In this document: piece by piece, positions 23,446 to 33,908 of the stretch
Position numbering within the stretch: position 1 is the first letter of the stretch
How the letters are laid out: the number at the start of each line of letters is the position of its first letter
Assembly: GCA_963675595.2 (NCBI GenBank)
Contig: CAXXLZ010000002.1
Span: forward strand, 608,001-672,000
From: Thermodesulfobacteriota bacterium
GTDB lineage: Bacteria; Desulfobacterota; Desulfarculia; JACQYL01
Length of the DNA stretch: 64,000 bases
Reading direction: 5' to 3'
The notes under the pieces: generated by a model
Told to the model about the DNA's origin: nothing
The model's database searches: none
What the model saw: only the letters and a program-made list of their open reading frames with translations
Program-made: the position numbers and the translations under genes

Positions 23446-23478
23446 AACCGCACACCATCACAGGCTTGGGGAGTCATT

Positions 23479-24249
23479 ATGTCCGAACCTCGCGTCCCGC
23501 TCATCGCGGGCAACTGGAAGATGAACAAGACCATCGGAGAGGCGAAGGATCTAGCTCGAGAAGTCGTCGGCGGCGGTCGCCCCTCCGGAGTGCAGGTTAT
23601 GCTTGCGCCTCCTTTTACCGCTCTTTCGGCCGTTGCGGAGGTGGTAAACAACACCGACGTGGTCCTGGCTGCTCAGAACATGCATTGGGAGGATTCGGGA
23701 GCGTTTACCGGAGAGATTTCACCGGTCATGCTCACGGATCTGGGCGCAAAAATGGTGATCGTTGGACATTCTGAGCGACGTCACGTGTTCCATGAAACGG
23801 ACGAAGCGATCAACCACAAGGTCCAAAGCGCTCTGAATCATGGTTTGACGCCCATTCTCTGCATCGGTGAAACCCTCGAAGAGCGAAAGGCGGATAAGGT
23901 GTTCGGCGTGATCGCCGCCCAACTCGAAGGGGGACTTTCGGGATTGGACGCCGAGAGGATGGCCCGCGTGATCATCGCCTACGAGCCGGTATGGGCCATC
24001 GGCACGGGCGTGAACGCCACTCCCGAACAGGCTCAGACCGTCCATCAGCTCATCAGAGAACAACTGTCGGAACTATTCAATAAAGGGCTTGCCATGAATA
24101 CGCGGATATTATATGGTGGCTCTGCTAAAGCGGCCAACGCGGCGGAACTCATGGCCCAACCGGACGTGGACGGGCTCCTTGTGGGAGGAGCCGCACTGAA
24201 TGCCCAAGAGTTTTTGGGCATCATCAATTTTGAGCATAGGGGAAGTTGA
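23479..24249 (+). CDS. tpiA: Triosephosphate isomerase
   Basis: AGNWKM, GHSERR, AYEPVWAIGTG, LYGGS. Confidence 0.98.
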   Translation: MSEPRVPLIAGNWKMNKTIGEAKDLAREVVGGGRPSGVQVMLAPPFTALSAVAEVVNNTDVVLAAQNMHWEDSGAFTGEISPVMLTDLGAKMVIVGHSERRHVFHETDEAINHKVQSALNHGLTPILCIGETLEERKADKVFGVIAAQLEGGLSGLDAERMARVIIAYEPVWAIGTGVNATPEQAQTVHQLIREQLSELFNKGLAMNTRILYGGSAKAANAAELMAQPDVDGLLVGGAALNAQEFLGIINFEHRGS

Positions 24250-24257
24250 CCCAACCG

Positions 24258-24713
24258 ATGCAAATCGCCATCACTTTGATTCATATAATCGCCTGCGTGA
24301 CGATTATCTTCGTGATCCTGCTCCAAACGAGCAAAGGATCGAGTATCGGCTCCGCATTCGGCGGCGCCAGCCAAACATTATTCGGAAGCACCGGTGCGGC
24401 CACGTTTCTGAGCAAGGTCACCACATCCGTGGCCGTGGTTTTCATGTTGACTTCGCTGGGTCTTTCCATCCTTTCTTCTTCGCGGCCCACGGAGTCCCTC
24501 ATGAATGAGGTGGAAACACCCGCGGCCGTCCAAGAAGAACAGGTTCCCGCGGCGCCTCCCGCAGAGGGGACACAACCGGTGAGCCCGATCTCCCAAGGCG
24601 GTGCGGACCAGCAGGCGCAACCCGCGCAGGCGGCGGCCGTAGCGCCGGCCCCAACGGAGAGCGCCGCACCGGCGGAAGCCCCCGCACCGGCGGGACAAGG
24701 ACAAAATCAATAG
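24258..24713 (+). CDS. secG: Preprotein translocase SecG with an Ala/Pro-rich tail
   Basis: ILLQTSKG..IGSAFGG..QTLFGS..TFLSKVT; tpiA-secG-tRNA-Leu synteny. Confidence 0.93.
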   Translation: MQIAITLIHIIACVTIIFVILLQTSKGSSIGSAFGGASQTLFGSTGAATFLSKVTTSVAVVFMLTSLGLSILSSSRPTESLMNEVETPAAVQEEQVPAAPPAEGTQPVSPISQGGADQQAQPAQAAAVAPAPTESAAPAEAPAPAGQGQNQ

Positions 24714-24834
24714 ACGGCATGCCCGGCATGCTTGAGGGCTCCGAAAGCAATCCCTGCGTCCTCTCTGCTTTGCATGGGATGAGACTGCTTCGGTTCCCTG
24801 CATGAAACGGACTTAAGAGAAATCTGATCTACTT

Positions 24835-24921
24835 GCCGAAGTGGTGGAAATTGGTAGACACGCCATCTTGAGGGGGTGGTGGGCGACGCCCGTGCGGGTT
24901 CAAATCCCGCCTTCGGCACCA
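24835..24921 (+). tRNA. tRNA-Leu (anticodon GAG)
   Basis: GCCGAAG/CTTCGGC acceptor stem, TGGTAGAC D-loop, CCATC-TTGAGGG-GGTGG anticodon arm, long variable arm, GGTTCAAATCC, encoded CCA. Confidence 0.95.
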
Positions 24922-24932
24922 TAGAATAGAAA

Positions 24933-24968
24933 GCGGCGTAATCCTTATGGGTTACGCCGTTTGTTTTC
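24933..24968 (+). terminator. Rho-independent terminator after tRNA-Leu
   Basis: GCGGCGTAATCC-TTAT-GGGTTACGCCGT hairpin followed by TTGTTTTC. Confidence 0.75.
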
Positions 24969-25321
24969 TTGCTCGATTTTCCGCCCTACCGGCTTTTCCC
25001 AATTTTCCCGGTTGACCGCAAGCCCCCTTGGGAGAGGTGTGATTCCAGCCGATTCCCGGTGCCGTTCCTTGCCGAAGGACATGCTGTTGGCAATCGGTAT
25101 CCTCACAGTGTATTCTTTTGGATACTCTCGTTCCCCGGCCCTTGAATCTTCAGATCGCGCGTATTGTAGAGCTTACACCGTGAACGCCTGCAATCGATCC
25201 TCGCTTTGAAACACCGGGTGATACAATAATTAGCGCGGCACCGAATAGTTGCTTCAGCCGCGTTTCTCGCTCATGAATCGTCTTTGCGTTTTCCGTAACA
25301 CTCCACTGGGGGAACTTTTCG

Positions 25322-28300
25322 ATGAACGACGGCCTCCACGATGATGGTCTTGAACGAGCGGCCCACACGGATCGGCTGGGGGAACTGAGGGCCCTCAACC
25401 TGTTCGGCCAAAGAATTCACGAGAGCCTTGAGGAGGAGGAAATTCTCCGTCTCGGTATTGATGCGGTTTTCCAGACATTGGCGCCCAATCTGGCTGTGAT
25501 CTACCGTCTCGAAGGAGAGGACCTCGTGGTTCGTGCGCACCGAGCTCGAGAAATCATCATGGAAGACTTGGAGAAGTTCGCGCACAAGAAAGGAGATTGC
25601 CTTTGCGGCATCGCCGCGGAGCGCGGAGAATCCGTCTTCTCCCTCAATATCTTCGACGACCCTCGCTGTACCCTCCCGGAGTGCAAATCCGCCGGGCTGC
25701 AATCCTTCGCTAGTGTTCCTCTTCGCTTCCGTAACGAACTCATTGGAGTCCTCGCGGTGGGCTCGACAAGAGAGCGTGACCTCACTCTTCATGTCGAGTT
25801 CCTCCAGTCGTTGGCTTCCATGCTTTCCATCGGCCTTCATCGGGCTCATATGCATCGGGAACTCACCCGTCGTGCGGACGACCTGCAGCAGGCGGTTCGC
25901 GCTCGGACTTCCGAACTGGAGGCGGCACATCATCGACTTCGCCAAGACCTCGAAGAAAGAAAGCGTCTCGAACTGGAAAGGGAGCGATCCGGTTCGCTCT
26001 TGTCGGCAATCCTGGACTCCCTTCCTCAGAACATCGCAGTTCTGGATTCCTCGGGCGTCATCACCCTGGTGAATCGATCCTGGTGCGAGTTCGCGGAAAC
26101 AAACGGTCCCGTGGATCCGGCAAAAACCGGAGCCGGGACGAACTATCTGGAGATCGCGCGCAGCGCAACGGGGCCCGACGCTTCCGTCGCCCATGATACG
26201 GCTCGCGGCATCGCGCAGGTTCTATCCGGTTCGATCCCTTCCTTCAGTATGGAATATCCGTGCCATTCACCCGACACGAAACGATGGTTTCTTTTTCAGG
26301 CCGTTCCTCTCAAGGCTGCAAACAAAATCAAAGGGGTTGTGGTTTCACACCTGGACATCACCAAACGAAAGTTCACCGAGGAAGCGCTCCGAGCCAGCGA
26401 GGAACGTTTCATACAGATCACCCGTCAAAGCCGTGAGATGGTGTGGGAGGTTGATTCCGAGGGACTCTACACTTATGTAGGCGACGCTTCGGAGTCGGTT
26501 CTCGGTTACCTGCCCGATGAATTGATCGGCAAGGTGCATTTCTATGATCTTCACCCTGAGGAGGGCCGTGAAGCTTTCAAGAAATGCGCCTTTGAAATTT
26601 TCGCTCGAAAGGAAGGCTTCAAAGAATTCTTGAACCCCGCCCTGACCAAAGACGGACAATGGGTCTGGCTTTCCACCAGCGGAATACCCATTTTGGACCG
26701 GTCCGGCAACTTGTCCGGTTACCGAGGGTCCGACAGCGACATCACCGAGCGGAAACACAACGAAGAAGCTCTGCGGATCAGCGAGGAAAACTATCGCACC
26801 ATCTTCAACTCGGTGGGGGATGCCATCGCAATTTTGGATATCGAAACCGGGGATTTCCTGGACCTCAACGAGCGCGTTACGGACCTCCTCGGATATTCCG
26901 TTGCAGAAGCCAAAGAGCTGGGGAACCGCCTAAGTCTGGGATCGGTAGAGCAAGCGGACCTATTGCGGGATCGTGCCGTGTGGGAAGGGCCTCAATCCTT
27001 CGAATGGCCCCTCGCGAATAAGGAAGGGCAAACCGTTTGGGTCGAAGTTCATCTGGAGAAAGTCAGACTCCAAGGTGTGGACCGTCTGTTGGCCGTGGCA
27101 CGGGACATCGACGAAAGAAAGCGTGCTGAACGGATTGTCAAAAAGAACGAGGCCCGCCTTCAGGCTTTGATGAACTTGAATCTCATGCAACAGACCTCTG
27201 AAAGAGACTTCGCCGAGTACGCCTTGGAAGAAATTGTGCGGATTTCGGACAGCAGGGTCGCCTACTTTCATTTCGTGCACGCGGAGCAAGAAACCGTTTC
27301 CCTGTTTGCCTGGTCCCGTGCCGCCAGGGAAGGCTGCATTCTCCCCAAGACGCCCCACTATTCTCTGTCTATCGCCGGCATTTGGGCGGATTGCGTCAGA
27401 ACAGGTCAACCCACCGTGCATAACGATTACGCGAATCACCCGGACAGAAAGGGACTGCCCCCGGGTCACACGCCTCTCACGCGGCACATGAGCGTTCCCA
27501 TTTTCGACGAAGGCGGTGTGGTGGCCGTTGTCGGAGTAGGCGATAAGAAGGAGCCCTACGACGCGGTCGACGCACAGCAGCTGAGCGAGTTCGCGGTCAA
27601 GATGTGGGACACGCTCAAACAGAAGAAAGCACAACAGGCCTTGCGTGAAAGTGAAGAAACGCTCCGGACCGTGACATCCTCAACCCATGACGCCATTTTC
27701 ATCGTGGATGAACAAGGCCGCATCACCTTCTGGAATTATGCGGCGGAGAAGCTGTTCGGTTATGGCGCCTCGGAAATACTGGGACAGGAACTGTTCCTGG
27801 TCTTTCCTTCGCTTGTCAATGTGCGCGACGCCGCTTCCGATGAAGTTTTCTCGGCACATTACGCAGGCAAAGCCACGGAGCTGCCCGCACGGCATAAGAA
27901 CGGGCGGGAACTCTCGGTTGAGTTGTCCCTGGCGCAGGCCTTGCTCAAGGACGCACGTTGCGGAATCGGCATCGCCCGGGACATCAGCCAACGTAAGGAG
28001 ATGGAACGACTGCGCGAAGACGTGGATCGGGTTATGCGCCATGATCTGAAGTCCCCCCTGAACTGCGTCATTGGATTTCCTCAGATCCTTATGATGGACG
28101 ACAATCTCACGCCCAGACAGGAGGAAATGCTCAAGCTCATTGAGGAGGCCGGTTATCAGTTGCTGAATCAAATAAATATGTCCCTGGATCTGTACAAAAT
28201 GGAAACCGGACAGTATCAATACCAACCCAAGCGCGTCGACATCGTCAAACTTCTCAACCGATTGATCCGGGAGTTCACCCCCAAATGCGGCTATCGGATG

Positions 28301-28687
28301 GTTTCTCTGAAAGGAAACATCAACGGTACTCCCATCGAGCATCACGATCGGCTGTTCATCCAGTCCGAGGAACTGCTTTGTTACACCATGCTGTCGAACC
28401 TCATCGACAATGCCATCGAAGCTTCTCCTTCGGGAGAGTCCGTTAGCATCGATGTTGCCGAGCGAAACCGCGGGGTTTCCATATCCATTCACAACCATGG
28501 GCAAGTTCCCGAGCCCGTACGCGACAAATTTTTCGAGAAATATACGACCCACGGCAAGGTCAAAGGAACGGGTCTGGGAACCTATAGTGCCAAACTCATT
28601 GCGGAGGTTCAGGGCGGCACCATCGGTTTCGAAACATCCAGGGATCGAGGCACCACGGTGAGCGTTCTTCTGCCCCGAGACCAGTAA
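25322..28687 (+). CDS. Cytoplasmic GAF/PAS multi-sensor histidine kinase
   Basis: GAF, repeated PAS/PAC (DITKRK, DITERK, DIDERK, DISQRK), second GAF, RHDLKSPL H-box, NLIDNAIEA, GTGLG. Confidence 0.92.
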   Translation: MNDGLHDDGLERAAHTDRLGELRALNLFGQRIHESLEEEEILRLGIDAVFQTLAPNLAVIYRLEGEDLVVRAHRAREIIMEDLEKFAHKKGDCLCGIAAERGESVFSLNIFDDPRCTLPECKSAGLQSFASVPLRFRNELIGVLAVGSTRERDLTLHVEFLQSLASMLSIGLHRAHMHRELTRRADDLQQAVRARTSELEAAHHRLRQDLEERKRLELERERSGSLLSAILDSLPQNIAVLDSSGVITLVNRSWCEFAETNGPVDPAKTGAGTNYLEIARSATGPDASVAHDTARGIAQVLSGSIPSFSMEYPCHSPDTKRWFLFQAVPLKAANKIKGVVVSHLDITKRKFTEEALRASEERFIQITRQSREMVWEVDSEGLYTYVGDASESVLGYLPDELIGKVHFYDLHPEEGREAFKKCAFEIFARKEGFKEFLNPALTKDGQWVWLSTSGIPILDRSGNLSGYRGSDSDITERKHNEEALRISEENYRTIFNSVGDAIAILDIETGDFLDLNERVTDLLGYSVAEAKELGNRLSLGSVEQADLLRDRAVWEGPQSFEWPLANKEGQTVWVEVHLEKVRLQGVDRLLAVARDIDERKRAERIVKKNEARLQALMNLNLMQQTSERDFAEYALEEIVRISDSRVAYFHFVHAEQETVSLFAWSRAAREGCILPKTPHYSLSIAGIWADCVRTGQPTVHNDYANHPDRKGLPPGHTPLTRHMSVPIFDEGGVVAVVGVGDKKEPYDAVDAQQLSEFAVKMWDTLKQKKAQQALRESEETLRTVTSSTHDAIFIVDEQGRITFWNYAAEKLFGYGASEILGQELFLVFPSLVNVRDAASDEVFSAHYAGKATELPARHKNGRELSVELSLAQALLKDARCGIGIARDISQRKEMERLREDVDRVMRHDLKSPLNCVIGFPQILMMDDNLTPRQEEMLKLIEEAGYQLLNQINMSLDLYKMETGQYQYQPKRVDIVKLLNRLIREFTPKCGYRMVSLKGNINGTPIEHHDRLFIQSEELLCYTMLSNLIDNAIEASPSGESVSIDVAERNRGVSISIHNHGQVPEPVRDKFFEKYTTHGKVKGTGLGTYSAKLIAEVQGGTIGFETSRDRGTTVSVLLPRDQ

Positions 28688-28912
28688 ACTCGGTCGGAAG
28701 GCGCCTCCATCCTCGTGTGTCTCGGGTACCCCGGTCCCGCCTCCGTTTGATGCGCGGTCCGTTTTCGCTTGGTTTAACGTAGCCGTAATTTTTAAGATGT
28801 GCTAACTTCCTTTCGAACCCGCTCTCGATAGGACACTCGATCGGAATCAAGAGACTCGGGAATATTTCAAGGTTCGCGTTCTCAAATGGAACAAGCCCCA
28901 AGAAGGTGTTCC

Positions 28913-30898
28913 GTGCATCGCAGTCGGATTCTTGAACTCAGCCTCACGGAAGTCGCCGGTCTCGTGCTGGTGCTGTTCGGTCTCTACCTCACAAGCCTCT
29001 ACAGCTTTCATCTGTTTCATACCTCGGTGGAACTGTTCAGCATTGTGGTGGCTGCCGGTATCTTCATCGTGGCTTGGAACACGAGGAGAATCAGTTCCAA
29101 CCCCTACATTCTGTTCATCGGCGTCGCCTATCTTTTCGTAGGCCTCCTGGACCTGCTGCATACCACCACCTACACAGGCATGGGGGTTTTCAAAAGGTTG
29201 GGTTCCGACCCACCTATCCAGTTCTGGATCGCGGCCCGTTACTTGGAATCCTTATCTCTGCTCGCGGCCCTGCCTCTTTCAAGGCGCAATTTCTCCGCAG
29301 TGCGCCTGCTCGCGGCTTTCTTCACCGTCACGGCCCTGACCACCGCCGCAATTTTCGGAAACGTCTTCCCCTCCTGTTATGAAGACGGCTTGGGAGTAAC
29401 CCGGTTCAAAACAGTAAGCGAATACCTGATCACCGTCATCCTTCTGATGACCATGGCTCTGACCTGGAAAAACCGGGAAAGCTTCCACACTCCGGTATTC
29501 CGCTGCATGATACTTGCCATGCTTACCACGGCCGCGGCTGAGCTATCCTTCTCCAATTACGTCGGCTTATTCGGCTTTTTCAATAAATTCGGCCACTATA
29601 TGAAGGTTCTATCATTTTATTACATCTACAAGGCCACGATCCAATCCAGCCTCCAAAATCCCTATGAAGTACTCTTTGCCGACCTGAGGCGAAACCAGGA
29701 GGAACTCGCCCGCGCCAAACAGATCGCCGAAAACGCCGACAAGTCCAAGAGCGACTTCATCGCACATACCAGCCACGAGGTACGTACTCCATTAAACGCG
29801 ATCAGCGGTCTCCTGCAATTGCTTCAGGACACCCCGCTGACGCGGCAGCAGCGAGAGTACGTGCGCTTGGCCTCGGCTTCGTCCGCCAGTTTAATCCTTA
29901 TCTTGAACGATATCCTCGATATTTCCCGCGTTGAAGCGGGTAAACTGGAAATCAACGAAGCCCCCTTCTCTTTCGAGGCCGCCGTTGAGCACGTGCTCTC
30001 CATGTTTCGTTTTCAGGCCGAGGCCGGCGGCATTCGAATCGTCTACTCGGCTCAATCCCCCATTCCGGATCGACTGGTGGGAGACGTCGAACGGTTGAAG
30101 CAAGTGCTGGCAAACCTGGTGGGTAATGCGGTCAAGTTCACGGAAAGAGGCAGGGTGGAAATACACGCCAAGGTCCAAAGCCTGAACGAAAACCCCGGCG
30201 AAGCGCTCCTGCGATTCTCCGTGACGGACAGCGGACCTGGAATCCCCGCCAACAGACTGGAGGCGATCTTTGAACCTTTTACCCAACTGGGGGGGCCTTT
30301 ATCTAAGAAAAAGAAAGGCGCAGGACTCGGCTTGGCCATCGTTAAACGTCTCACTAGTGCCATGGGGGGTGATATCAAAGTGGAAAGCCGACTTGGCATG
30401 GGAACAACCTTTCGAGTGGAGCTTCCTTTGATTTTACCGAAGGGTGAAGAGGCTCCACAACCCTCTCGTGAACCGACTATCGAGGCATCGATTGAAGTCC
30501 CCCCGCTGAATATCCTCGTAGCGGAGGACGACTCCGTGAACCGTTTGGTGCTCACCCGAATGCTGGAAAACGCCGGCCACACGGTAACCGCCGTGGAGGA
30601 CGGACGCGACGTGATGGAGGCTCTTGAAAAGGAGCCCTTCGATGTGCTCTTTCTCGATATCGAGATGGAAGAAATGGGCGGCATCGAAACAACGCGGATC
30701 GTCCGGGCATCGTCCAGAGAGGACTTGAGACAGGTCCGTATCGTGGCCTTAACGGGACATTCCATGGAAGGGGATCGGGAACGCTTCCTGGCGGAGGGCA
30801 TGGATGACTATGCCGCCAAGCCCATAGGCAAGGAGGAACTGGCTCGTGTCCTGGCAAGAGTGGTTGCGGATGAGTCCACCGGGGACTCTCGCGAGTAA
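28913..30898 (+). CDS. MASE3-type membrane hybrid histidine kinase with receiver domain
   Basis: N-terminal TMs (LFHTSVELFS, DLLHT, QFWIAARY), SHEVRTPL, NLVGNAVKFT, GAGLGL, receiver VAEDD..DIEM..KP; start GTG 28913 or ATG 28886. Confidence 0.9.
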   Translation: MHRSRILELSLTEVAGLVLVLFGLYLTSLYSFHLFHTSVELFSIVVAAGIFIVAWNTRRISSNPYILFIGVAYLFVGLLDLLHTTTYTGMGVFKRLGSDPPIQFWIAARYLESLSLLAALPLSRRNFSAVRLLAAFFTVTALTTAAIFGNVFPSCYEDGLGVTRFKTVSEYLITVILLMTMALTWKNRESFHTPVFRCMILAMLTTAAAELSFSNYVGLFGFFNKFGHYMKVLSFYYIYKATIQSSLQNPYEVLFADLRRNQEELARAKQIAENADKSKSDFIAHTSHEVRTPLNAISGLLQLLQDTPLTRQQREYVRLASASSASLILILNDILDISRVEAGKLEINEAPFSFEAAVEHVLSMFRFQAEAGGIRIVYSAQSPIPDRLVGDVERLKQVLANLVGNAVKFTERGRVEIHAKVQSLNENPGEALLRFSVTDSGPGIPANRLEAIFEPFTQLGGPLSKKKKGAGLGLAIVKRLTSAMGGDIKVESRLGMGTTFRVELPLILPKGEEAPQPSREPTIEASIEVPPLNILVAEDDSVNRLVLTRMLENAGHTVTAVEDGRDVMEALEKEPFDVLFLDIEMEEMGGIETTRIVRASSREDLRQVRIVALTGHSMEGDRERFLAEGMDDYAAKPIGKEELARVLARVVADESTGDSRE

Positions 30899-31182
30899 CC
30901 TTCCAACCGTGGAGAGGTCCGGCGAGACTTCCAACCGCTCCCCCCGGCGGTCGGCTCAAATCATCTCGAAGCCGGTCTCCCGACATATTTCCTCAGTTAC
31001 TTCGTGTATCCCTTCGGAGGTCGTCGACGCCGAGATGTGATTCTTCCGCCCTTCCAACCAAGCTCCCCGCCTTCTCTGTCGGAATCCGGCGACGACGGGG
31101 CGTTGAACGACCGCAAAAGTAGGCGAATCCCATGGTAAGTCCGGAATATGGGCGCTCCCGCGAGAGGAGAGAGTTTTCTTTC

Positions 31183-31213
31183 TTGACACCCAACATTGTA
31201 TACATTATACAAT
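31183..31213 (+). promoter_or_regulatory. Sigma70 -35 (TTGACA) with an overlapping palindromic GntR-type operator
   Basis: TTGACA at 31183; inverted repeat ATTGTATA-CAT-TATACAAT at 31195-31213 directly upstream of a GntR gene. Confidence 0.7.
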
Positions 31214-31259
31214 TTGACCGTCAACGTTCCACCACTGCCCCCCCGCATAGGAGACCGCA

Positions 31260-31946
31260 TTGAACCGAATCGACGTTCGCGTTCTTCATCAAGACGTTGC
31301 GGGCAAATTGCGGGATATGATCCGAAAAGGCGAACTGGTCCGGGGCCAACGAGTCATCGAAGCCGATATTTGCGCCCGGATCGGAGTCAGCCGCACTCCC
31401 CTGCGTGAAGCCCTACGAGTCCTCGAGACGGAAGGATTGGTGGAGCTTATTCCCCACAAAGGCGTGCACATCCGCCAGCCCTCCATGAGGGAAATCCAAG
31501 AAATGTTCGAAGTCATGGGTGTACTGGAGGGGACTTGCGCCCGACTGACGGCTCGGGAACCGACCGATTCCGGCTTGCGCAGGCTCGAGCGTCTCCACGG
31601 GAAGTTGGAAACGCATTATGCCGAAGGCAACCGAGATAAATATATCGCGGCCAATCACGAGTTTCATACCCTGGTTCAGGAACTGGCGGGTAACCTCGTG
31701 CTGGACGACATCTTACGCAGGCTGCGGGCGAAGGTCGCCCTTTACAGACACCAGCAAATCTATGAGGCCGGGCGTTTCGACTGTTCCATCCAAGAGCATC
31801 GAGAAATCCTGGAGGCGTTTCGCCGTCGCGATCCCGATGCAGCGGAAGCATGCATGAAACGCCATCTCGACATGCAGTGCAAGGCCCTGGTTCATCTTTA
31901 TGAAAGGCGTGACGAGGAAGGGGAACCAAGCGGTTCTCAACCCTGA
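31260..31946 (+). CDS. GntR/FadR-family regulator (FCD domain), MatR-like
   Basis: GVSRTPLREAL wHTH; NHEFH and EHREIL FCD motifs. Confidence 0.93.
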   Translation: MNRIDVRVLHQDVAGKLRDMIRKGELVRGQRVIEADICARIGVSRTPLREALRVLETEGLVELIPHKGVHIRQPSMREIQEMFEVMGVLEGTCARLTAREPTDSGLRRLERLHGKLETHYAEGNRDKYIAANHEFHTLVQELAGNLVLDDILRRLRAKVALYRHQQIYEAGRFDCSIQEHREILEAFRRRDPDAAEACMKRHLDMQCKALVHLYERRDEEGEPSGSQP

Positions 31947-31991
31947 AGAGCCCCCCCGGGGGATTCCATTTAGCCCGAAGGAGATGAGAGA

Positions 31992-33002
31992 ATGGAGCCG
32001 AGAAGAGCATGCAGACGAAGATTTGCCATGATTGCGGCCGTATTGTGTGCGGGGATGTTGACGATCGCATCCTCAATGGTAAGCGCCGCCGAGCTGAAAA
32101 TCTCTCACCAGTTTTCTGAGTCCGACGCCCGCCATCATCTTGCCGTCGAATTTGCGAAAAAAGTGGAGAAAGCAACGGCCGGGGCCGTTTCGTTCAAAAT
32201 TTTCCCGTCCTCCTCCCTTTTCAAGGCTGGAGCGCAGTATGAAGCCATGCTCAAAGGCGCATTGGACTTGTCCGTCTACCCTCTGGCCTACGCATCCGGC
32301 AAAGTGCCGGAACTCGACATCACGCTCATGCCCTGCATCATCGCGGACGTGGACGAAGGAATGGCTTGGCGCAACAAGGAAATCGGGCGTCGTGTGGAGA
32401 AAATCTGCGAAGACAAGGGGATGAAGATTCTGACATGGCTCTGGTGCGGCGGGGGCATCGGCAGCCGGGGAAAACCAGTGATTCTACCCTCGGACGTGGC
32501 CCAACTCAAATTCCGCGCGGCCGGCAAGATGTTCGAGCGCATGCTCAATGCGCAAGGAGCTTCCATCACCAGTATGCCCTCCTCGGAAGTCTACATGGCG
32601 CTTCAGACCCGCGTTCTTGACGCTTGTTTGACTTCCGCCGAATCGTTCATTTCCTACCGCCTCTATGAGCAATTGGACTACTTCAACTCACCCGAAAATT
32701 ACGCCATCTGGTACATGTGCGAGCCGCTGGTGATCAGCATGAAGACCTGGGCCTCCCTGTCTCCGGAGCAGCGGGCGATATTCGAAACCGCCGGTCTCGA
32801 GATGGAAAAGAAGGCTCGGGACGACGCCGTTGCCGCCAATCAGGAAGTGACCAAGGTCTTCACGGAAAGAGGCGTCAACGTGCATCTGATGACCAAAGAG
32901 GAGTGGAACGCCTGGGCGGAAAAGGCCAAAGATTCGGCATGGAAAGCCTTCGAAGAAGCCGTTCCTTCGGGCAAGGAGCTGTTGAACCTGGCCGTGAATT
33001 AG
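31992..33002 (+). CDS. dctP: TRAP transporter solute-binding protein
   Basis: Signal peptide, LKISHQF, KFRAAG, MPSSEVYMALQT. Confidence 0.92.
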   Translation: MEPRRACRRRFAMIAAVLCAGMLTIASSMVSAAELKISHQFSESDARHHLAVEFAKKVEKATAGAVSFKIFPSSSLFKAGAQYEAMLKGALDLSVYPLAYASGKVPELDITLMPCIIADVDEGMAWRNKEIGRRVEKICEDKGMKILTWLWCGGGIGSRGKPVILPSDVAQLKFRAAGKMFERMLNAQGASITSMPSSEVYMALQTRVLDACLTSAESFISYRLYEQLDYFNSPENYAIWYMCEPLVISMKTWASLSPEQRAIFETAGLEMEKKARDDAVAANQEVTKVFTERGVNVHLMTKEEWNAWAEKAKDSAWKAFEEAVPSGKELLNLAVN

Positions 33003-33335
33003 CGCATGCCCGCATGAATTCAGCGGAGTGGGGACGTTTGTCCTTCGCGGGCCGACCTCCCCACACCCCGGGACGTCCAAACATGAGCTCGCTCGCATCC
33101 CACGGCGTGCAGGTCCCTGTTTGGAGGATCTCCGGGGAAACCAGAGAGACGGCGTGTAAGTCGCGTGTCCGCTCCGTTGCTTCGAACAAGCGGGAAATCC
33201 CGCAAACAGGACATGCTTCTTGGCCGTTTGGTCGCGCCGCCGTGTCGGCCGGAGCTTCCAGTTCCATCTTTCCGGAATACGGTCCGACTCCGGACGTCCA
33301 AACCATGATCGAACCATGCCCGGGGAGAAGCGCCC

Positions 33336-33854
33336 ATGTCCACGCATCGAACCCCTTTTTTCCGTCTGATTGAATGTCTGTCACAAATCTCCGGATACGC
33401 GGCGGCTCTATCCATCCTCGCAGCAACCCTGATTATCGTCGAGCAGGTAGTCGTACGCTATGTTTTCAGGGCTCCCACCATTTGGCAGGTGGAAATCGCC
33501 GTCTACCTACTCATCGCCGCGACTTTTCTGGGAGCTCCCTACGGGTTGAAGGAGAATGCCCATATCAACATCGATATGATCATCATCAACATCCCGACCG
33601 ACGCACGTCGAAAACTCGACATCTTAACCTCAACCATCGCCATGCTGTTTTGTTTCTTCTTGGCCTACCGGGGCGGAGTCATGTGGTGGGAAGCCTATGA
33701 AGGCGGTTGGCGTTCCTCGTCCCTGCTTTCGGTACCGCTGATCTATCCTTACGCGCTCATCCCCGTAGGCATGTTCCTCACCGGGCTTCAATACACCGAA
33801 AAGATATGTCGCATGCTCTCTCCGGACAAAGGCAAGGCCCCCCGTTCCGGGTAG
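33336..33854 (+). CDS. dctQ: TRAP transporter small permease
   Basis: Four TMs; VVRYVF, W..EIA.YL, HINID. Confidence 0.92.
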   Translation: MSTHRTPFFRLIECLSQISGYAAALSILAATLIIVEQVVVRYVFRAPTIWQVEIAVYLLIAATFLGAPYGLKENAHINIDMIIINIPTDARRKLDILTSTIAMLFCFFLAYRGGVMWWEAYEGGWRSSSLLSVPLIYPYALIPVGMFLTGLQYTEKICRMLSPDKGKAPRSG

Positions 33855-33908
33855 TGCGTCGTGCGGCGGCAACCGGTTCGCAGGTTCGAAACAGGGAGGA
33901 AATCATTC

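Noticed and set aside
24835-24921. tRNA-Leu as the integration site of a genomic island covering the downstream accessory genes
   Set aside because: I found no integrase and no duplicated tRNA 3' end in the window; it cannot be excluded beyond the window.
30899-31061. Three copies of CTTCCAACC in the intergenic region
   Set aside because: Short, irregularly spaced and compatible with chance.
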